DNA of 64,000 nucleotides from Veleropilina oligotropha (Eukaryota): NCBI GenBank assembly GCA_048128005.1, contig JBEUKZ010000016.1, positions 310,001 to 374,000 of the forward strand, read 5' to 3'. Shown piece by piece: positions 24,301 to 36,300 of this stretch (position 1 is its first letter; each line of letters starts with the position of its first letter). The notes under the pieces were generated by a model. It saw only the letters and a program-made list of their open reading frames with translations, ran no database searches and was not told where the DNA came from. The position numbers and the translations under genes were made by a program.

Positions 24301-27300
24301 TCAGCCGGATCCGAGAGATGCTAAATCGGATTCTCCACTCTGACACAACGCTGGCCGAGCGTATCCGGACCCTATTTCGCGAGCAGGGGGTTACAATCGC
24401 AACCATACTGACCGCTATTGGGTTGGTTATCTCGACTTTGGTACTAGCCCTGACAGGCGGAGCGCCGAGCATCGCACCAACACCACCACCTCCCAGTGGT
24501 CAGGGGGGGGTCAAGGAGTGGGTCAAAAAGCAGCTGCAGAACCTGGGACGGATTCTAGGCAAACTAGCGGGGAAGGCCGCAGCCGCGCTCCCCGGAATAC
24601 TTGGAAGCCTGATTTCCTGGCTAATCAATCTGGTTGGCAAGACTGCGTCGTGGCTCGCCGAGAATCTGTGGGCTGTGATTATATCTGTTGGGGGCTTGCT
24701 TCTTATTGCCGCTAGACAGTGGGTCACGTAAGCCAGATGAACGCTAGGCCAACGACAATGCCGCCCACGATAAGTGCGGTTTTCTCCTCGTCATGTGCCA
24801 CAGCTACCGCTGGAACAGCTACAGCCAGCTCAGCATTTGGATGCTTCAGAGTGACTACCGGTATGCTTGCATCTGCGTCTTGTGGAATAACCAATCCTGT
24901 TTCTCCAGTCTCCCCAGCGGCGTTGGGCGGCACACTGGCCGCGTTCACCGTCGTATTAAGACCGAGTGTCTGGTCTTCCGTGGCGATGACGATCTCATTG
25001 TTATAACCAGCCACCTGCCCGATCCGTAGAAGCATGTTACTTGGCGCCATGTACAGGCCAACGCCGAATACGAAGTCCACTTTGGACCTCGCATACTGGA
25101 GCACCTCTTGGTACCGTTTGATGGCTGCTGGGAGGTCCACTGGCGATGCGATGGCGTCTTCGACGTTCGCCAGGAACTGTTTCTGTGCGTCAAATGCCGT
25201 CCCACTCCCCAGAATACTTGCACGTGTCTGCGCCTGCGCTCCAAGAATAGCCCAGACGTAGGTCCTGATGGAGTCATTGAGCCTCTCCACGCCGGCCCTC
25301 GTGAATCCCGCCGACTTGTCCAGAATAAAGGAAGCCCAGCCGTTTGAAAGCGCAGGCGCTTGCGCGATGTAGTCCACGTGCAGATTCGTGTTGGTCGTAC
25401 CTTTGGTGAAGGACATTCGGCTTGGATCATACTCACGTCCGATGGGGTGGTAGCCGTTGTTCGTCCAGTAGCTGTAAGCGGTGCCTAGTCCGCCGTTGGG
25501 ACCCTTGACACGCCAGTCGGTATGTGGGGACACTCCGAATTCTCTGCAGATCTTTTCATATGCCCTTCGGTCATACGGGGTGTCAAATGCATCCCACGTC
25601 ACGTCTTGAGGCAGCGGGGCCTGAATCTCGGTCAAGATCCTTCTGACCTGATAGTATACGTGGAAGGTGAATACAGCAGTGGAGAGGGCTGCAGTAGCAT
25701 TCAAGTGGTCCTCTGAGGAGATCCCGGAACCTGTTGTGGCACACCAGACGGCGAAATTGACCTTGTTCTGCCAGAACCTCATCGGTGTGGTCTGCCAATC
25801 CCTTATCAGCCCGTCTCTCGCGACATTTGGGAGGCGATACTTTTGGAAGACGTCGGGGTAGTCTGCCCCGAATGCAGTGGTTGAGCTATTACCCACATTG
25901 ATGCTTGGTCTCGTAAGCTGCTCATCTTTGATCCGGGCTGGGTACACCACACCGGTCGAATAGGCCGCACTCCTATTGAAAGCAAAGGTGCTCTTAGCCA
26001 TAGCTATGTTTCACACATTAACGAGTGTTCAAGAGGGGACCGCGGTTGCCCTCCTGGAGCCGATTGATAATCGGGAAGGCAATTTATGTGTCAGCTTGCA
26101 GTCACTCGACTATTGGGTCGGCTGGCACAACGTGCACGCCGGAGCATTCTTCCAAACCCCCAATACCAAGGTCGAGGTGGCACCGGGTTTCTACAGCTTC
26201 GATGCCCTCGCCAAGACTATGAGGAGGTCGCTAGTTAACATACAGCTAGATGTAAGCCGTGCTACAGGACTCGCCAGAGTCGTGGTTCCAGAGGGGACTC
26301 GACTCGCGATCAGCGCCGATATACGGAAGCTCCTCGGCTTCAACCTTGCAGGGTGGTGGCTACTTATGACTTATGACAAGAACAAGCCTGCAGATGAGCC
26401 GCAATGGCTACCCCCCGGGACGTATGATGGGAACAAGCCTGTCGGGTTTGCCATCGCAGCGACCCTACACGTCCACCTGGAGCAGCTCAGTACAACACAC
26501 AACGTGAAGGACGGCGCCCCAAGCAATATTCTCGCGGTGGTCCCCATAACGTCGCAGATCTTCGGCGAAGCTGCCCACTACCACAGTTATCCAGCCCTCC
26601 GGCGACTGCAGGCCGGGATAATCACAGAATTGAAGGTGTATGTCACAGACCCAGATGGTAACCCGCTCGACAATCACGGTATGCCTATTTCCGCAGTCCT
26701 CGAGATACAATGAGCACCAGCATCTATGGGACCACCCTCCCCCTCCTCCCCCTGCTTGCAGATGAGCCCTCTTCAGCGACCCAGTGGCACTTCGTTCTTA
26801 GTTGTGGGGAAGCACCCAAGAAGGGGCTGGCGAGGAGGGAGTTCACGATTCCAAACATTGGAGGTCGGTTTGGGTTGAACCCAGCCCTTCTAATGATCCA
26901 CCTGACGCCGGTCCAGCCGGCCGGGGGTGCCCCCAAAGCGTGTTCCATAAATAGCCTTGGTCTGGATTCGGACAAGTTGTCCCTCGCCTTCACCATCAAG
27001 GCCCCGTGGGTAGGTACCATGTATTTGAACGTTACCGTCACGGTAGACATTCGGAATCAACAGGCTGAACAATACAGATACAGCCACGTGTAATGGACAA
27101 CAAACCCTCAGCGCCAACGCTGTACCCACAGATTGGTGGCGATGTGCTTTCGGAACTGCCGGAGGCACAGTCTTTCCGACTACAGAAAGTGAATGAAATC
27201 CAGGGACAGCTGGAACGAGAGAGGGACACACGAGCTGCATTGTACAAGAAGTACCGCAGAGGCGTTAATGTCGTTGACGGGATAGATAATGGGCTAGTCG

Positions 27301-30300
27301 TCGCCACCCTTGGTATGGGTAGCGCCGGCATCGGACTGTTGTCCACGATCGTTGCCGCACCTGTTGTCCTAGTGCTGGAATTAGCGGCGTTGGGGTGTGG
27401 GCTCGCTAGCATGGGTGGAAAATACATTAGCCGACGCCTTCAGGTGAAAGCTAGGAAGCACGACGAGATCAGAGTACTGGCCGACAGCAAGCTGAATACC
27501 ATAACCGACCACGTCTCAAAGGCCTTAGCGGACGGGGTGATGTCTGATGATGAATTCCAACTGGTCACAGGGGAGATGGAGAAATACCAAGCCATGAAGG
27601 CATCAATTCGGGATAAGAGTAGGAAGGCGCACACCGCGATTTCACAGACCCAGAGCGAGCTTATTGAGCGTGGTCGTTTAGAGGGTCGCGCAGAGCTGCT
27701 GAAAAAAATCGGGGCTGGCGACTAACTATCCAGGTTGAGCGTAGCCACGACTACCCCCCTCCCCCTCCCCCGTATTAAAGCTAGAAATCGACAGTGATAT
27801 CTGGACAACCATGAAATCCATGTTACTTCTGTGCATTGCCGCGGTGTGCTGGCTAGGGGGTGTTTCTACCCAGGCGTCGAGACACGACACTGCATTAATT
27901 CTCGAACATACGTGGGCTAGGTACCGAAATCATCCCAGGTATAACGCCCGATTTGACCCCTTGCGTAGAAACCTGTTACTACGCCTGGGAGATCCCACCC
28001 CTGATGTCTCCCCACCGTCATGTCACTACTATGTTATCGGGGAGAATGACTGTCGCCCTGCCACACCTCCAGATACTGTCACATGTGTCCAGTGTTCGAC
28101 CCCCTCCCTATGTCCTGGCAAAAATGGGGAGTATTATACCATGCTGTCTGGCTGCTTCGGTGCGTGGAGAAAAATCGGACACCTTTCGCCATGTAATTGC
28201 ACTTTAACATCGGGCAACTATATATTTATATAAAAAGCTGCTTGGGAATTCTCTTGCCTTACAATATTTTTCAGGCTAGTGTTATATTAATGCCCATTAG
28301 GCCGTCTACTGTCGTTTCATTTATGCCCGATTTATGAATGACACCAGTCGTTAAAAGCGTGCGTCACTGGATATTGTTCGCGTTGAATGCCTCGCTCGCG
28401 ATCAATGCTATTGTTTAATTTTGCTTCCGGGTTGCGTTTATTCTTAGCCCGTTCAGCCGTCTACTGCTGTCGCTGACCCAGAAAAAAAAGATTTGACCCA
28501 GTGAAAAAAGATTTGACACAGTGAAAAATATTTTGTCCAGAAACGGGTCACCGCTCCAGTTAAAAAGTTTTGGTCCAGATGTAAACAAGTGGACAGTTCA
28601 TTCTCTAAATGGAAATTCTACATGTAACAATGAGACAGCAATATAAAGTCTACACGTGACAATGAGTTGGCAGTCATTGTCACGTGTCACAATAAAGATT
28701 CTCGAGAATGAGGACACTAGGTCAGCCACGGGCTATGAATACACCATTGACACATAGACTATTCTAAGCTGCCCGGCTAGGGTAGTGGGCGCTGTACACA
28801 CGGTAACTTTTGTAATACACGCTATACCCTGGGGTCTGAAAGGGTGCTGGGAGCCTCCACGGCGGCCGCCCCGCCCCTAGTCTGAACTCCCTAGTTCCCC
28901 CCAGTAATACCAGCTCAGTTCTGAAATAGTGCTGGGAGCCTTATTTTTCCATTCTAAAAAGTCCAATCACCCCCCCTGCTGCTGTTTTCAACTATTGATA
29001 GCGTTTTGAAATGTACAGAAAATTATATGACATTTATATATTAATTAACCTTAATTTGCCTGCTAAATATATTTTGGGCAATATCTGATATCAATAATAT
29101 TGATTACCTGTCTGAGATTTAAAAAAGACTACTGTTTAAAAATTATATAATACGTAAACTCTTGCAGTTAATAAAGTAATTGTTCAGTATGACCAATAGT
29201 AATAAGATGAGAGTAACAGAATGTTTATTTATTGCCTTATAATGGGGTGTATGCTGTCAATTAATAGCAGGGAAAGGATTATCTTCTATGGAATGGTATG
29301 TTACGGTATACTGTAAAACCCTATTTGTTACCGAGCCTTAAAATTAAGCGAGTGGCGAGTTCGCAAAATATTCACGACATTAAATGGTTGCGTATTTTTA
29401 GTTGGACTGCCTAAAAATGTGCATTGCATTAAAATTCGCAATATTTCAAGGCGTTGTATTGCTTCATTTTTGAAATTAGCGATATATTATGGCAGCCACA
29501 TTAAGGGTTTTACATGTACTATACTATTACATAAAGTGAATGAGCCTTTGTCATTATAACTGCGAACGACAGCTCTGAACACCCGATGTTGTACAACTGT
29601 AAATAGAGTATTGTCAACTGATCCGATTTCATATCCACGTGAAATGTATATATGCACTAATGTCTTTGCTTACATAAATAATGATACAATTGTGCAGAAA
29701 TATATCCACAAGTGTGCATGCATGCTACGAAACAATCAGCACAATTTTATTTTTTGCATGAAAATTTTATTTAATTTAAACGAACACAGAATTATCATTA
29801 ATTAATATAAAACCAACGGACTGTGCTGGACAGTCCAAAGTTAAATTATTACATCAATAACCGCGACATGAAATAATGATTCTATCTGCCACAGATAGAT
29901 CCACAATCTAACCTGTTGGCGTATGATCAGTGGCACATATGTTGCACTGCATCATATAGCTAGTGTCTGCTACCAGATCCTGTTTCTAACATTATATTCT
30001 CTGCAGTAGACGTGCCATTCAACGGGCGTTCTTTGAGGTATTAATTGTCATTTAACAAAAATCCAGTACGAATGGATAACCACGGTGAAGCAACATAGCG
30101 TATGTCTTCGCACAAACATGTATATTTATATTAAAATCTAGTAATAGCCAAATTTAATCCCAAATATCCTAAAATTGAATCAATTAGCTTTATGACCAAA
30201 TTTCAACAATATTACAGTTGTACATAATGAGGCTCCCAGTTTAATGTCTTTATCAATGCAAACATAAAGGCAGCTTAATTTGTATACGTAGACAGGACAA

Positions 30301-33300
30301 ACCCGGCTGCAGATCACACATCCAACTTATCACTGAATTTACAGACATATTTATTGTATATCTACTACGCATTATCAACATTTTTCATCAAAGAATTGTG
30401 CGAAAAACTATACATTTACATGATCGTGATTCGGATATAATGGGGCATCATATAAAGGCCCCCATGATAATATGAACTAATTGCTGCTCATTGGGACTTT
30501 AAGCATCAATCAAACAATTTACATTTATTGGGCATGTGCTACGATTTGCGTCATTCGATCACTTACACTAATTATGTAAATATCAAATGCCTAATGAAAC
30601 AAAATAAGTAACGGGTGCATTGTAAACATATTATTAATTATTAATTTAATGAAAAACATAACAATATAGCACGGAGCATAATAAAATAACACAAAAACAA
30701 CAATTAAAACATTTTTATGACGTCATTCTGTTGTCTTTGCCCGTTGTGAACTGTTCACATTGTCAGTTAGACCATGGGGGACTTACTTTCTTACACCAAA
30801 ACGAGTATATATTAGATTACTAAAATCATATTGTAAATTATTCTACACTTCTGCAATGGTTTAAGTCGGTTATATCTCTCGGTTTGTGTTATCTAATTGG
30901 AAAAGCCCGTGAAGTTAATCAACTCTGCGCTTAATTCATGCCTCGTGATTTAACTACAGGATTTTCCGATAAGACAACAAAACCACATGGTTAGTATAAC
31001 CTATACTTAAATCTTACGCAATACAGCATACTGACGTAAGAATAGCCAAACACACATTATATTACTCAGCAGATGTTAAATCAGAATTATAAACTCCTTA
31101 CCAAACCAGGAGACCTCGAGCAGACGTCTTTATCTCTGCATGAATTGATGTTACAATCGGGACTGAAAATATATTGATCAAGTAAAACATACGGCCAACG
31201 TGCTATATAGCAGTACATGTACTATAGTGATAAAAAGGACTAGAGTCAAGCAGCTGTGTCCGTCAGCGACGAACATGAATGAGAGGCTCATCATCTGTAC
31301 ATGCAGGGCTTTTAGAATTATGTGATTTCAACAGTTGGAAATACAGTACATATAACCCGTCATATAATATTAAAGTGCAAATAATATTAAAGTGCAAATG
31401 CCATTGAAAGATGAAATCTTGGTGAAACCATCATCAGTTATTATACGTGCAACACTACAGGAAGAAGAACACAATCTTAAAGAAAGAAAATGCATTAAAT
31501 AAAAAATTCATGAGCAATATATTTTCATGCCACACAACTCGCAAAATCAAATAAACTTACAATAATCTGTTATAATAATTTACTGGCTTGGTTTGGTTCA
31601 CTGCTTAAAGAGACTATTGCCCATAAATGCGCTCTTTTCGTGACTGTGTAGCATGACTGTTCACCCCCCTATCGCACGGTTCATGCAGATTGATACAAAT
31701 ATCGCGAAGATATGATCGATATATGATCAAATGATAGACTTTTATGAAAATTATTATTGTAACTGGGCAATATATGTTATTGTCAAGTAGAAAGCTTTCT
31801 TAATTGATGAGCAGAAACCTACGCAACTGTGCTCAACTAGGTCAATTGGAAATGCACTCGGTGCGAGGTAATTAAATGCGGACAGAGTTTTATTATTTTT
31901 AAATATTCAGTAGCGATTAATTTAAACGGTAGCAAATTACTGACGAAAGTAGTGTTGAAAATTCCGAGCTTTTTCGTTCATAACAAGACATATCTATATT
32001 ATCATGGGAGGAATGCCCGAGAAAACAGGTGCCCTAGCTGGACAGTTATATATGGACAACTGTGCCTACATGGTATTACTGAACAAAGAATGCCATAATT
32101 GAGTAAGACACTAGATACGCAGGGGTCGAATTGTTAAAATGAATGTACCTGTCTAGGGTGACAGGTGGAATAAATTTTTACCTGTCTCTTCGAAATGTCA
32201 ACTGAACACATATCATCAGTGCTGTACGCTCGCTTCTCAGCTTAGGAGCGCACCGCTCCTGGGTTTCAAATTTTAGGAGCACAAATATAAATTTAGGAGC
32301 GCAGTTCAATATTTGACAAAAGTCTGATTCACTGACTGGGATAATTTATTTTATCTCGTTTGGATTTATGAAGGTAGTACGGCCATGTATTTGTTTAAAA
32401 AACGTTGGATAGTGCTCCCTTAAATAATTTTATTTTTACCTTTCTCCATTTTTATTAATACTAGCTATTGGTACCCGTCTTCGCCGGGTAAGTCCCCCCA
32501 CCCCAATTTTTTTTTTTTTTTTTTGTGGATAGAGTGCTCCCTTAAATAATTTTATTTTTTCCCGAATTTTCCGAATTTTTTTCGTGGTAAACCTTCCTTG
32601 GGGGACCCCGATTAACCCCCCAAAGTTTGAAGGTCCTAGGTCAAAGCGTCTGGGAGGAGTTCAACTTGAAACAGACACACACACATACAATTATAGCTCC
32701 ATTATATGAAGAGATATAGTAATATTTTTTTTTTTTCCCGAATTTTCCGAATGTTTTTCGTGGTAAACCTTCCTTGGGGGACCCCGATTAACCCCCCAAA
32801 GTTTGAAGGTCCTAGGTCAAAGCGTCTGGGAGGAGTTCAACTTGAAACACGCCCGCCCGCCCGCATACAATTATAGCTCCATTATATTAAGATTATTGAA
32901 ATTTGCCACGGAAAAATTGAATTTAAATTAATTTATTTACTGTTAATGTCGTAATTGGCACCCTAATTGGTCGTCAAACCAATACATGGACATGTGCGCT
33001 GTGCAAACGTTGGTGAAAGCCAACTCCGACCGTCGCAAAGGTATTTTCATAGGCCTGTTTCGAAATAGCAGACCTTCCATTAGGTGTAGTGTCCATTTAT
33101 TCCAACTGCACGCAGTATTTCACTTTGTACGGTGATATATCCGATAAACATCAGCGACATTCTTGAATGACCATTGCTTCAAAATATAGGGGGCGCTGCG
33201 GTCTGTATATAGCTACCGCCATGAAACGACGGCGTTAGCCTCACGTGATATATTTGACAAATCAATTAACTGCTTTGGTAGGCATTTGTCGCGCTTCGTA

Positions 33301-36300
33301 CAATTGAGCGCCGTTTCGGGGCGTTTCATTGGTTTATCAGACATTTTAACAAAGATTGGGAGAGTGAATCCCACAGTTTAATATGACACCAAACATGGCG
33401 GCCATTGTTATTGTAATGTGGAAATTTCATTGTAACTTTGGAAATGTAAGTTGATAACTATATTGACAATTGTCAATTCTACGTAATAAATTTAAATACT
33501 GCAACTATATGATTACGAATATATTAATAATTCACTGTAATATACAGTTGAATATTACTCTTATTTTCCACCTGTCGCTGGCGAAAGGCACATTTATTTG
33601 TGATATTCACCTGTCGACGACCAGTAGACAGGCGACATTTCGATCCCTGATACGCGTTGACAGTACGTATACCAGAGTACAATACAGCTTGATACTTGTG
33701 GTGTATACTACAAGTAGAGTTTGTGTTTCTCTCGCAATGGACTGGCCTGCGGTGGTCACCATGGATACACCGTGAATTGCTGTAAGAAACCCCGTAGCAT
33801 AGGGAAGGGGTCACTTTTCTTTGTTCTGCGCAGTTCCCTTAAAGTCGGCAGAGTGCACTATACCTATTGACCGGTTTTTAAGACAATTTGCTTCCTTGCG
33901 TATTTTCTACCTCGTTATTTCGCTACATCAAACTTATCGCTTAGTTTTATTGTTGCTACCGTGTTTACGTTTGCTGAGTTTCCCGACTTTCACGATGGGT
34001 CGGCCCAAACGGGCCAGATCTGCGACTCGCACGACGCCTGCAACCGTTTCGGATACCCAGGAAGCTCCGACTAATGGCTCCGTGCAGCCTCCACCCAAAC
34101 GTGTTCGCCGACGCCGACTTTTGGACGCTACACAACCAGACAATTGGTCCATCTACGAGCTGCGTCAACACCTCGCAAGCAAGGGCATCAACGTCCCGCC
34201 TTCGTTTACACGAAAGGATTTATTGAAACTGGTGGACATGAACTCTTCCCGTTGCAATGCGTCCAACACCGAACCGACCAACCAGCTCGACCCCCTGCCT
34301 GCTGGGCGCACCGACGACCCGATTCCCGATTCCACCCCCCAAGCTCCATCCGATATACGGCGAAATCCGGAAATCTCCGACAGCTCGTTCGTTTTACCGG
34401 AAAATCCGCCAGCGTCTCCGGAAAATACCGACAGCCCGTTGGCCGCTGCTCTAGTGGCGATTCGGTCGGAACTTTCAGCCCTCAAGTCTTCTGTGGCAGC
34501 TATACAACAGAGTAATTTGCCTTTCGGAAATCACATCGCCCAGTTACCGGGTCTCGCGTCACCGCAGCGGCCATTATCGACGTTTTCGCTGCATACTGCG
34601 ATGCCCCTTCTTTCCACTACTCGCACAACAGCGACATTTACCAACAATGCGAGCGCCACTATCGGACCACCACGGGGTCGTTTCGGTGTATCGTCGCAGG
34701 ACCTCCCGCAAGTTGTGAGCATGGCGCCGGCGCTACGTACGAAGATTTTAGCCGGTAAGAACATTAATTTAGCTATGCTGCTTATTCCATATTACGAGGG
34801 GGTAACTAGTCGTTCTCTTGTTGACACTTCTGGCAACGAAATCCGTATCAGGGGTAATTCTGATGCTCGCCTCGATAAATTGTTAACATTGCCGCAATTT
34901 TTGACCGCTTTTGAGATGTTTAAAGCAGTGATGTGTGAGGCATATCCTTCGCGACGTGAGGAACTCGATCTCTACCAGCATGATCTCATCGACATGGCCG
35001 TGCATTATAAGGGTACCGTTTTTTACGAGTACCACCAGGCTTTTTCTCTCCGTGCTGCGACCGTATTGGAATAATACAACATCAAGCTTGACTGGTCGGT
35101 CCGTGATGTATCGCTGTTCAGCAAAATTACAGCTGGTCAGCTTGGCATTTCATGCACCGACTGTCATAGCGCGTTGCATATGACTGGCTTTTGTGAAGCT
35201 AAAACTTCTCCTACGACTTCTAACCGAATCGATATCCGTGGCAGGCCTCGAATTGAACATTCCGGTCGAGAGGTGTGTAACAATTTCAATGCTGGGCGTT
35301 GTACACGTGCAGTATGTCCCTTCGCTCACGTCTGTTCTTCATGTAAGGGATCCCACATGGCCACTGTGTGTACCAATACTCGAAAATCGTTGCCTTCACA
35401 CAAGTGACTACCGTGTACACCGGTGCATATAAATGTGCTGCAATCTGAACTGGAAGCACACCCAGATAAAAAATGTGTGGACTATTTGTGCAGCGGTTTA
35501 TTCCTGGGTTTCGATACAGGAATCTCTCCATTACCTACTGTTACCTTAGAATGTCCGAACAATTTATCCGCCCGAGTTGATGCTTCTGTGGTAACCGCTT
35601 TACTGGAGGAGGAAGTAGATAAGGGTTATGTTATTGGACCATTTACCGAATCTCCTTTTGCCATCTATCGCGTTAACCCTTTGGGCCTAGCTGAACATAA
35701 ATATTCGTTGAAACAGCGGCTTATCGTCGACCTGTCTGCCCCTCACAGACAAGAGGGGACCAGTTTAAACGACTTAATTGACAAAGAACTGTTTGCGTTG
35801 TCTTATACTACGGTGGATAGTGCAATTCGCAGGATTCGTACTTTTGGAATCGGTACTTTGTTGTGCAAATTTGACATCAAAGACGCTTTTAAACAAGTGC
35901 CCATTCTTCCTTCCCTTTGGCCATTTCATGGCGTTAAATGGCACGATAAATATTATTTCTTTTCCCGTCTAGCGTTTGGCTCAAGGTCAAGCCCCAAAAT
36001 ATTTGACCATCTGTCAGAAGCCGTGTGTTGGATTGCTGTGAATAATTATGCAGTGCCATGTATTTTTCATTTGCTCGATGACTTTCTGACCGTCGATCCC
36101 CCCAACACGTGTGCGGGCAAAACAATGGAGACAATGCTTACCCTATTTTCCATTCTGGGCATTCCTTTAGCTGCACATAAAACTGTGGGACCTACCAAAT
36201 GTCTGGAGTATCTGGGCATTGTTCTAGATACGGAACGTTTCGAAGCTCGACTGCCACGAAATAAAGTGGTCAGAATTACTGGTATTATATCGTCGTTCTT

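Larger units (their letters stand above)
13785..28983. mobile_element. Endogenous Polinton/Maverick-like (adintovirus-like) DNA virus, 15,199 bp
   Basis: 5'-AG...CT-3' termini (AGCAGCAG.../...CTGCTGCT), 152-bp perfect TIRs, 5-bp direct repeat GTTTT on both flanks, abrupt shift to high GC, and dense intronless ORFs including PolB-like replicase, RVE integrase, packaging ATPase and capsid-like proteins. Confidence 0.93.

Noticed and set aside
14464..27634. Numerous antisense and alternate-frame ORFs within the element (also in 53705-58480)
   Set aside because: Expected shadow ORFs in GC-rich coding DNA; no motifs.
13785..28983. Bacterial or phage contamination (GC-rich, gene-dense island)
   Set aside because: Clean TIR/TSD junctions inside a spliced host gene, a eukaryote-type RVE integrase and Kozak-like starts argue for genuine integration.
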